A DNA stretch of 64,000 bases from Tubiluchus corallicola. Taxonomy: Eukaryota > Animalia > Priapulida. Position 1 is the stretch's first letter. The number at the start of each line of letters is the position of its first letter. Shown here one piece after another: positions 27,601 through 39,500 of the stretch. Both the position numbers and the translations under genes were made by a program. The stretch covers positions 1 through 64,000 of the forward strand of contig JAQGDQ010000795.1 of assembly GCA_030141605.1 (NCBI GenBank). The letters are read 5' to 3'. A model generated the notes under the pieces. It made no database searches and was not told the DNA's origin. It worked only from the letters and a program-made list of their open reading frames with translations.

Positions 27601-30254
27601 GTTTTTCCACAGCCAACTCTTGGCCGGGGTTGCCATTTTGTATGATGCTCTTTGTATTGGATGCTAAAAAGTACGGAATTTCCCGCCAATTCAGTGTATT
27701 AACAGCCGAGTAGTGTTGCCGCTTATACCATAATTATCAGAACATACACGTTCATAATACAAAAGAGAGAGACTAGACAATAACCGATAATTATAGGATA
27801 ATTTACTAATGCGAAACTGAAAAACAAAGCGTGAAAAAATGTGCACTGAAAAAACTTAAAACATGACTGCTAATCAGTGGGAAATAAGCAAACTTTGATT
27901 TCAACTGATTTTAAATATTCAACGATTCAGCATTAAACACTCTCAAAGCTTTAAAAAAATGTTCTCCCTCCCTACTGACATGTTTTGAGCGTATGAGGTA
28001 AGACAAAAACAAATTTTTTTGGTGGCCGGCCTTAGGCATAGCTTTCATAATGAATCGGTCGCAGGTGTCGACCCGGCCACCCAATTTAAAGGAAAACCGG
28101 ATAATTGTATAAGCAGGAGTTCAGAATAAAGAATGCTCTAAAATATTGAAAACTAAAATAGCTTATTTTAAATTAAAGCTTAGATTAAATAATAATTACC
28201 TCGGATACTCAAATTTCGTTAAACTTTCAAAGCTACGCGCGACTCAGTGAATCTACTAAGATTGGCAGTGGCATCTTTTTGTCACATGCACGTGGCCGAC
28301 AAATAGAAGGTGGTACCATGATAAGCAAAATCATGAACTGCTGTGTTAGTTTCTGACGTCATATGATGTAGAGCCCATTTTTCATGACATCACGCGTTTA
28401 AACAGTCACCCCTAACTCAAACGTGCTTGACGCGCACGGGAAGATGCTTTCATTGCACAAACTGTGGTTAGTTTCTGACGTAAGCAATAGCTGTGTTTGT
28501 TGGACGTTAATTAACTTCCTAAGCTAATTATTCAAGTATAAGGAACAATTGTTAACTTTTATAGGCAAGAAAATGTATATTTTGGACAGTAAATTAAAGT
28601 GAGTCTAAACAATCGTGTGGTCTTCCTTTAAGCAGGACATGCCGTTGAAATGCCGGATTGTATGTAAAAAAATTGTACCCAATAATCTTATGATGTACTT
28701 GTGATTGAGGTGGGACATCACTTCCGCTTCCAACAGCATTTGCTCCGAAGTGTTCGAACCCTGATTGTTCTTCAGCATCTTCACGGCCACCGGTACCGGG
28801 ACATCTCCCAGCTTGTAAACACCTTTCTTGACGAATCCGAAATTTCCTCTGCCTAGAATAAAATGGCTTTGCTTACAGTCCCGGAACGTTGAATTAAACC
28901 AAAACCGGACCAAAATGGATAAATGCTGCTAAATCTCGGAAAAATGCTACCGAAAATTACCGAAAGTTGGAGCTACGAAATTTAATAATTTCTAATGAAA
29001 ACGAAACTTTACCGAAAGCGCAATTATCGGCACCTCTCTATTCAATTATTAGTGAAGAAATTAAAAGGCTTAAGGACTCCAGTGGGGTTTGAACTCAGGT
29101 CCTGTGTGTTCCGGGCAGCCATACCAACTACTACACCACACAGCTACGAGCAGGATGCTGTCCAGCATTTGGAAAGACACGCTTACGCTGACACAACTTT
29201 AAAAAATTAGTTTTCAAAACAGATAAATACGTTTTGAAGTTCGAACAGTTATTTATCTTAATAGTTAAAATGATAGTTCTAGTAATAGAACTAATAGTAG
29301 CTTGAATAGTAGGAAAAAAAATCTTTACCAAGCTGGGTGCCGACTGATAATCGATTCCTCTCTAACGGCAAGGGGTTCCCGTAAATGACATCGTAGTCTT
29401 CATCTTTTGCCGGACCTTAAACAGACAAATATGGCACACTTATAAGCAGTTTCAAAACTTGGAAAAAGTTAAAGCAAAAGTCAAGTCTCTCGGGAAGTTG
29501 AGCTTATTCTTATATTTGAGAAAATAGAAAAATGTTAGAAAGTTTCAGCAATGAAATTCTGATAGTAGTTTTGTAGTAGCAGTAGCAGTAGCAGGAGCAG
29601 AAGCAGGAGCAGGAGCAGTAGCAGCAGGAGCAGGAGCAGCAGCAGGAGCAGGAGCAGCAGCAGCAGGAGCAGGAGCAGCAGCAGGAGGAGGAGCAGCAGC
29701 AGCAGCAGCAGGAGCAGGAGCAGCAGCAGGAGCAGGAGCAGGAGCAGGAGCAGCAGCAGCAGGAGCAGCAGCAGCAGCAGCAGCAGGAGCAGGAGCAATA
29801 GCAGGAGCAGTAGCAGCAGCAGCAGCAGGAGCAGGAGCAGCAGCAGTATCAGCAGCAGGAGCAGTATCAGCAGCAGGAGCAGTATCAGCAGCAGGAGCAG
29901 CAGCAAGAGCAGCAGCAGTATCAGCAGCAGGAGCAGTATCAGCAGCAGGAGCAGCAGCAGCAGGAGCAGGAGCAGCAGCAGCAGGAGCAGGAGCAGGAGC
30001 AGGAGCAGCAGCAGCAGGAGCAGCAGCAGGAGCAGCAGCAGTATCAGCAGCAGGAGCAGTATCAGCAGCAGCAGCAGGAGCAGTATCAGCAGCAGGAGCA
30101 GGAGCAGCAGCAGGAGCAGCAGCAGTATCAGCAGCAGGAGCAGTATCAGCAGCAGGAGCAGCAGCAGCAGGAGCAGGAGCAGCAGCAGGAGCAGCAGCAG
30201 GAGCAGCAGGAGCAGGAGCAGTATCAGGAGCAAGAGCAGGAGCAGGAGCAGTAT

Positions 30255-30329
<75 letters not shown>

Positions 30330-30445
30330 CAGCAGCGGAGCAGCAGGAGCAGCAGCAGCAGCAGGAGCAGCAGGAGCAGGAGCAGCAGGAGCAGCAGGAG
30401 CAGTATCAGCAGCAGGAGCAGACAGCAGCAGGAGCAGAGCAGACA

Positions 30446-30497
<52 letters not shown>

Positions 30498-30522
30498 CAG
30501 CAGCAGCAGCAGCAATAGCAGT

Positions 30523-30578
<56 letters not shown>

Positions 30579-33500
30579 CAGGAGCAGCAGCAGAGCAGCA
30601 GCAGCAGCAGCAGGAGCAGCAGCAGCAGCAGCAGCAGCAGACAGCAGCAGGAGCAGAGCAGCAGCAGCAGCAGCAGCAGCAGGAGCAGCAGCAGCAGACA
30701 GCAGCAGGAGCAGAGCAGCAGCAGAGCAGACAGCAGCAGGAGCAGACAGCAGCAGAGCAGGAGCAGCAGCAGCAGCAGCAGCAGGAGCAGACAGCAGCAG
30801 GAGCAGAGCAGAGCAGACAGCAGCAGCAGGAGCAGCAGCAGTAGCAGCAGCAGCAGGAGCAGGAGCAGGAGCAGGAGCAGCAGCAGCAGCAGCAGGAGCA
30901 GCAGCAGCAGGAGCAGTAGCAGCAGGAGCAGCAGCAGGAGCAGCAGCAGCAGCAGTAGCAGCAGGAGCAGCAGCAGAGCAGCAGGAGCAGGAGCAGACAG
31001 CAGCAGCAGCAGCAGGACAGCAGCAGCAGCAGCAGGAGCAGCAGCAGAGGAGCAGCAGGAGGAGCAGCAGGAGCAGGAGCAGCAGCAGGAGCGGGAGCAG
31101 GAGCAGGAGCAGCAGCAGGAGCAGCAGCAGGAGCAGCAGCAGGAGCAGCAGGAGCAGTATCAGCAGCAGGATCAGGAGCAGTATCAGCAGCAGGAGCAGT
31201 ATCAGCAGCAGGAGCAGGAGCAGTATCAGCAGCAGGAGCAGGAGCAGTATCAGCAGCAGGAGCAGGAGCAGTAGCAGTAGTAATAGTAGTAGCAGGGGGT
31301 GTGTGGGGGAGAGTAGTAGTAGTAAGCAGCAGCAGAGAGTAGTAGTAGTAGTAGTAGGGGGGTGGGGGGTACACTGTTTAGATCTTGATTGATTTATTCA
31401 TCCATTTAGCACAATACAAAAATAAAAGTTATAAAATGACTAATTAACAGTGCATTACAGTGCAATGAGCTGTTCTTGGCAAATGCATCTGGTGCAAGCT
31501 AACCTATAAGCGCAACTAGAAATTTAAAACTATGAAACATCAACTACAAACACACAATGCACTACGATAAAACTACAGGCAATCTTTACTCTCTTTCTCT
31601 CATACATACATTTTCACGCTCGTGCTCACACACATGCACACACGCACACACACACCCCATCTTATAGTCTAGCAATGCTTTCAAATGGTTTAGTGATCTT
31701 TTATATGCATACATTTTCACGCGCGTGCTCACACACACGCACACATGCATGCGCACGCATGCACACATGCACACACACACACACACACACACACACCCCA
31801 TCTTATAGTCTAGCAAAGTTTTCAAATATTTTAGTAATCTTTTATATGCATACATTTTCACGCTCGTGCTCACACACACGCACACACACATGCGCGCGTG
31901 CATGCACACACGCACACACCCCATCTTATAGTCTAGCAAGGCTTTCAAATGGTTTAGTAATCTTTTATATGCATTTGTTTTTTTTGTGGATCATGGAGGA
32001 TTTTAAAATCCGGAGTCACAACTCCGCTCACCTTTGCTGGTGCCACTGCCGTTAGGATTCAAACTTTGCACCTGTTCATATCACAAATGCTTGCTTTAAG
32101 CTCACGGGTCTAAGTTTCTATGTGCAAAATAGATAAATGTTAACCCACAAGCCACGTCGTATCAGATTTTTGCAACCCTATCAGTCTGGAAAGTTTGCAT
32201 TACAAAGTTTTGCTAATGGTTGGCATATTTACCGATACTTGTTTGCTTCAATTCAAGTTCACTTATTACAGCAAACCAACAATAAATTATTTCACGTCCG
32301 GTTAAAACACACTTCCGCTGACAAAACCACATGGAATTTACAGCTGATTTTTGCAGGGTTCCCCTTGGTAATAAAGTTATTAAATGTGTGAAGAAAAGAA
32401 TGTGATGCTATAAATGCTTGAAGAAAAACCAGACTCAATCTTATACCATAGCTCACGAAATGGAGCAATTTTTCACATTTGACTTGCATGAAAGAATTAT
32501 TACCACACAAACACAATTTCATGTTTGCGCCACTAGTTCTTTGCTGTTACATACATTTCACTATTCGCTAGATAGACGGTCACTAGCACTCGCATCTCGG
32601 AAATGTGGTGCACAAAAACAGGTGCTGTACCTCTCAGTTCAGACGTGTTCAGTTGTGATGTGGCACACACGTCTGAGAGCTCATGCGTGAGCACTGCAGA
32701 TAGACTTAAAACTTGAATTTTTAAGCCTAAAATTTGCCAATTTTTTATATACCACACTGAATGGTTTACAGTAGCACTGCACTCCAATTTTTACTTTTTC
32801 TAAACATTTGTAAACATTGAAAATGCTAGTAGAATGTTGTGACGTCCACTGTGAGGTTTGTTGCCACACTAAATGCCTTTCATCACCACTTTAATTTAAC
32901 ATCCTCATCACCTCCTGCTTTTTCACCGCTTCCCGATAGGGATGAGAATGACAAATTGCAAAAAAACTCTGAAACAGGCCGGGGGTTTGGAGGCCGCGTA
33001 GCCCCATTGGGGTTCAAGGGGTCCAAGGCGAAACCCCCTTGAAGCCAGCAAAAAATTGCAATTTTGTGATCATAGAGAGCCTCTAAGTGGACTTAAAATA
33101 TCAGTTACCTTGTTTCATGCATAATTTAAAATACGCAACTATCAAGGATGCATGATACCTAATTGTCTCAAAAACGCCTAAGTACTGGCCGCTCCTTTAT
33201 GCAAAAGTATATAAAAACTGTCTGCAATTGATTCAAATAACTCTGCACAATTGATTCTATAATTTTATTACATAGAGATCTACACGTAGTTACATTGATG
33301 TACGTGATGTAAACAAAGTGACGGCCTGCCAACTAGTGGTCAGCTTGTGAAATAATGTACTGGGTCCGTAAAAATTTTCTCAACAAATTTACACGATTTA
33401 CAAAATTGTCCCTACTGGTCTTCCAAAAACTCGGAATTCCGCGATTTGCCATTATAGCTCCCAGCTTCATACAAAAAAATATTTTTTAACGATAGGGCAC

Positions 33501-36500
33501 ACATAGCAAGCCTAGCTAATTTGTTGCCAACATTTTTTGCAGATATATTGCGGACATTGGAATTTCACTCAATCCGTGGATTTTGCGGATGCGGATAAAC
33601 GAGAAAGCGGAGTAGGGGGATTTGATAAAAATTCCGTGCTGGAAATGGCCCATAATACAATACAGTGGAACCTCGACTTATGAAAACCCTATTATACGAA
33701 GAATTCAGAATACGAATAAATTTCCGTCCCATTTAAAGGAAAAATATTCAAGATGCGAAAACGAAAATTGCAAGTGCCGCCCGACAGCCGTCCTCCCAGA
33801 ATGCATTTCGTAGCATCACGTGAATGATGCTACATCACAGCATCACCTTGCTCTCACACACCGTACCAAAAAGCTCCCGTCCATTGTCTTGTGTCTTCGT
33901 GCCGTGTATTTCTAGTAAATTTGTGTTAATTTGCATCCAGTAACCATGGGTCCGAAAAAAGCAAGTGGCAGTGATAGTGATAAGAAGAAAAAGATGATGT
34001 CGACGGAAACGAAGCATGAAATTATAGCTAAATATGAAAGTGGCATGCATTTAACTGCTATCTCAAGGAAGTATGAGCGTAACCCTTCATTAACGAACAT
34101 ATTCTTTTCGGGTGGGTACAATATTTACACTTTATATGACTGTTTTCGGGGTGGGGGGTGTTGGAACAAATTACACCATTCACATATACGAAAGCCCCAA
34201 CGAAATGAATTAATTTCGTATCTCGAGGTATTCACCGTACTTTACGATTAAATTGAAAGTTCATGCAACACGCAACAGCACATTTTGCAATTTTGTCGCA
34301 ACTGAGCTTCGCCTCGCTGCTGCTACAATCAGACCACTAAAATTAAAAACTACTCACTATATTTAGAACAACCTCTCGTCAGTTGACATCTCAGGCCTTC
34401 TTGACTATGATAGTAGAAGTCTATCAGCTGGAAAAATACAATACACCTTGAGCACAGACATGTTATAAGTAAATGAAGAACCTACTCTGCTTAACCCTTT
34501 AACTACGGAAGGTGACACAGTCGGCTCGTGTGCGCACACGCACGTGTGTGTGTGTGTGTGTGTGTGTCTGCGTGTGCAAGTGTGCTCGCATTTGTGTCAA
34601 TAACGAACAACTATTTGTTTATTTACAAGATTCTGTTTTAGTAACACACCACAAGACATTATTGTCAAATATGCAAAAGTCAATGTGGCCGTGTTAAAAA
34701 GCAATTATGTAGTGAAAGAGTTAAAGCTTAAAAAATTTGCTCTAAAATTACTTATCACTTACATTTTCGACTTGATTTATTAAAATAAGTGCAAAAACCA
34801 TTAATGTCGTGATATCTTATTGCATACGGAGCTTACGTTAGCAGTATCTCTGTACAAAACTTGTAAATCTAAACTCCCACAATGACTATTAGATGCAATG
34901 CAGCACTAGCTAACAAAAAAATCACAAAAATACTACTTCTTAATAAATTAGCATCTTAGTAACAAACAAGTTGTGCACTTGTTAGTAATTAAGCACAGAT
35001 TAAAAATGGTTACCAAGACAAGAGCCTCGCAGACCGAAGCCGAGTTTTCCAGCGAGAATCCGGCATCAGATTTTTCAATTTTGTAATGCCGGACGTCACT
35101 GCCATAAGCCATCGTCAAAACGAACGCGTCCTCGCGTTTCTGCCTCACCCTGAAAAGGGACGAAATCTTTTCTGTAGCACTTTCTGGAGAAATCATCTGC
35201 CGAAATGAAGAAAGTGTGACTCTAGGTTGATTTAAGACACCCTAACTGGTTTAAGAACAAGCAGTTTAACCTGACGAAAGTAGAGAACCAAAAGTACATC
35301 AATTCTTCCTGATACAGGAAGTACAGTAAAATACATACATTAAATCGTTTTGAAAACCGTACATACGTAAACGATAATATATATTCATCCGCAAATTTCT
35401 TTTACCCACATCCATTTTAATTTGTATGTATATATTGTATATTTACTCACATCCATGTATATGTAGTATATAGTCTATTATAATTTTCGTGTAACATTAT
35501 AATGTATATTTTGTTTTAAATTTTTGGCACAGTAGTTTTTAGTTTGCACATGACGCATTTGCCTTTAACAGTTGTGTGAATTTTATAATCATGTTGCGAT
35601 GTTCTTTTATGTTTTATAGTTATGAATATCAATTTTTTTATAGCAAATAAAGATTATTTTATATATGTATGTATATATAAATAGTAATACAGTAAATTAT
35701 GTGTCTCTCAAAGTCAATTTATTCAATTTTTTGCGTAACTCAAACAATTTCAGTGCAATGGATTGAAATCCTTCGTTTTTTCCATAAAAAAACCACGGCT
35801 TAACTACAAATCTTCCCTAACTCAAATAAAAAATTATTACTGTAAACTATGGGTAACTGAAAATAGCATAGCTCAAATTTTCGCCTATCTGAAACAACGA
35901 AATCTATTGTTTTTCCCTCATAAAACATTGCTTCACTTTAAACATATAACTGAAACTTTCACCTAACTCAAATAAAAAGTTATGATCCATTTAATCAAAA
36001 TACGTGTAATTCACTTCGCCTAACTAAAAAATGCAATTTAGAAAAACAAAAAGTTTCGTACAACTCAAAAACAGTATGGTCTTCCGGGAAAATTTTTACC
36101 CCCCAACACTACAAGTGTCATCAAATCTCCTTGTTTATGCACAGAAGGGTTGACTTTCTGCCTTCTATTTAGCTCGCCATCTGGAGGAGGGGTTTAGAGT
36201 GTCTATGCTGGAAAATGGCCAATACTGCCTAACTCAAAATATCACCCCTAACCTAAAGTTTTTTTCAGTCCAGCTGGACTTGAATTATGCGGAGTTTACT
36301 GTAGTTACATCAGTAAATCAGGATAAAATATACTTCCCGTAAAAATATCCTCGTGCAAGTATATTTCGAAAGCGATTCAAATGCTGGTATTATTACTGAG
36401 GGAAACCAGATAATTGTGTAAACACGAGTTTAGAATAAGGAATGCCCTAAAATATTGAAAACTACAATAGCTCATTTTAAATCAAAGCTTAGATTAAATA

Positions 36501-39500
36501 ATAATTACTTCGAATACTCAAATTTCGTTAAACTTTCAAAGCTACGCGCAGCTCAGTGAATCTAGTAAGATTGCGGCCTGCTGTGTGGGTGCTGGTGTAA
36601 AACGACACAAACACATGTAATTTTAATGTTGTGATTGTGAGCGACAGCACTTTCTCTACCTAGCAGCAGGCGCTAGCAGCGCAGTGTACAGCGTATTAAC
36701 TCAGGCATGTACACATTGGCTCATGCATTTAACAACCAAACACACCACTGTGCTGGGCTGTGAAGCAAACAATACAACCCTCACGTGCTCTGGTGCCATG
36801 CAATTATAAAGAAAAAACTAAAGAAAAAAGACTATTGAATATTATGGATTTATTATTTGAATATCATAAATAATATTGAATGAAAATAGGGGGTGCTTCA
36901 GTTCCACCGTACCTATACAGGAGCCACCACTGTATATCGTCATGACAACCAGCTGTAAACACTAATTTATCATCTCTGTACAGCTGTTCTGGAACAGTGA
37001 TATGCGCGCAGGTAATAAATGGCATGTAGTAAGAAAGTCAATCATAAGAACAATGTATCAAATAAGGCATTAAAACCGAGACTCACAGAAAGAGACCATT
37101 TTCTAAACCGTCCTGGTGTAATCGTTCTTCAGCCTCCTCCCTGCCTATATCACCGTGAAACCATTCCATATGCTCATGAAAGTGACTGAGAATCGCCCTG
37201 ATGTTATTTGAGTTGAACTAGAATGGCAAAACGTGCAAACTTGAGTCCAACGGGAAAACTTAATGCCGAACAATTATCCAAAAAGGGGGGTTAGAAAACC
37301 ACAGAAATCATTTAGAAATTTCGTGACCGTGAAACCACTACTGAACGGTAGGGGTGAGCATTCTCTACCAGAAAGTGAATTCGAATCGAACCGAATTTGT
37401 GACTTTCGAATTCGAATCGAACTGAACTTCAGTGTTTCGAATTCGATGCGAATTCGAATTGAGACTGAAAGATTTTCGAACAAGTTTTCGAACCACCAGT
37501 AAAAATTAGTCTTACAAAGATCATGCATATCACTCGATTTTGTTCTGCAATAAAACGACTAGTAATTTGTTTAAAATTGTGCACAGAAATCACAGCTAAA
37601 TTATGCTAATTGCATGATGTTTCAATCGTTTTAGTGATAAAGAACATGTGTGATTGAAGTGCTGAATTATTCGAATCTATAGTTTTGGATTCGAATCGAG
37701 TTCGAACTGAAAAACTCGTTCGAATCGAATTCGAGCGTTCGATGCTCACCCTTACTGAACGGTATTTACGAAATCACAGTGCCACTCGCACTGTCGCGTA
37801 CAACAAAAGATGCCGTTTGGTAAAAAACAACGGTTCCATTTATTGTTGAAAGCAATGTGTACCGATTGCTCTGCTTCATTACAAGCAGGTGATAGTTATT
37901 TGATCTTACTGCATTGAGATACATTATTACATTCTGTCTTAGTACATTAAATCAAATTGCCAAGCTGGCACAGGGCCAAGTCGCAGTGTTGCATAATTAT
38001 AGCCCCAACTTTCGGTACAATAATAAGCATTTTTGCAGTTTCATTGTGTGCACGTGCAGTTCCTGCAGGTCAAAGGCTAAGTGTATCATAGCAATGCGTC
38101 TTAACTACAACTGTGACGTGTGGGTAAAACAAAGACAACTGCTGCATCAGTTCAGTAACATCAGTTATTTTCTGTGGACATTACTTAATTATCCATTAGT
38201 CTGTACGTAGACTGATTTATTAGCAGGATCTTGCTTGGGAACAAGAAAAAATGAACTAGGTAAGGTTCTAGCTAACTGTTAAAACTGTTACTATTACAAT
38301 AGCTTAGGCTGCGAGGCATTATCAAGTGTACACAAATGCATTGTCTGGTACACTTAACCTTTGACTTTCACGATTATCATCAATTGCTGGAACTGTGAAA
38401 AGGCTTAATATGCTTATTCATTTTCACAATCTAAATTACAGTCAAAGCTCTTTATACCATGCCATTTGGACCACAAAAATTCGGCGTTAAGCGAATTTGG
38501 CATCACAACGAGTTGCATTAATACATACATGTCTATACAAATACAGTGAGTCCTCGCTTAACGATTCCCTGTTAAATGGCGTTTCGTTTTAATATTGCTG
38601 AACACTTGACACATTTTTCTCACTTGACGATGCACGTTTCGTTTTAACGACGATTTTTTAACTGCTGTCTATATACAGTTTTCAAGAGACCGCAAGCAAG
38701 TCTAGCTAGTCATTGGTGGCTTCTACTAAGAAAAATAGGTGCTTACAACCAAACAAAAAGAAATTAATCAGTAGAAATATGAATAAAACTCATAATATAA
38801 AATATGAATAGTAATTGACTTAAGCAGCATTGATTTTTGCCTCTGGAACGTATCTCACTTCTTTTACAAACTTTCTATGAAAGTCTTGGTTTCATTTAAC
38901 GGCATTTCGCTTAACGTTGCATTTTGCCGGAACGCACGAGCATCGTTAAGCAAAGACATACTGTATAGATGTTTTGTTTTGCCAAAAATGTGGGCGCAAA
39001 ATGAGCTTGGCATTGTTTGGTGTTATAATGACGTTTGGCTGTAGTGTTTTTCAGGGTTAATTTTAAATGCAACACAGACGATGGTAGGGAAGTTGAAATT
39101 TGCAATGAGAGCTCCAAGGAGTGCAGTATTTAGATCATCAATTTCTTCGCCTTTATCCCAACAAGCGGGAGTCAACTGCACCGATTACTTGCGCTGCACC
39201 AGCCAGCAGTCTCTGAACCTAAACTCTAAATTTCCTGGTCAATCCACTGTGCTACGGTTTACTGTTATACTCATGTTCTGATTCATCACCTCTAAGCCCA
39301 TCTTCTCAGCTACGTCCAAGATCATCTGGTCGGACACGGTCATGCTCATTCTGAACAGTCCCAACGGTTGTTCGCCCTCTTGTCTTTCGCACGGCATTCT
39401 TAGCGGTGTCACTAATCCTCCGTCGTCCATTCGAAGATGTTCCGTGAGCTCGACGGGACCCGGGTATGTTATTCCATTCTGTATTCCGAAATAACCATTT

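Noticed and set aside
29074-29144. Functional tRNA
   Set aside because: The acceptor and T stems pair poorly; only the A and B boxes are recognisable.
29535-31374. Poly-Leu, poly-Ala and poly-Cys ORFs
   Set aside because: These arise from a trinucleotide tract inside an intron.
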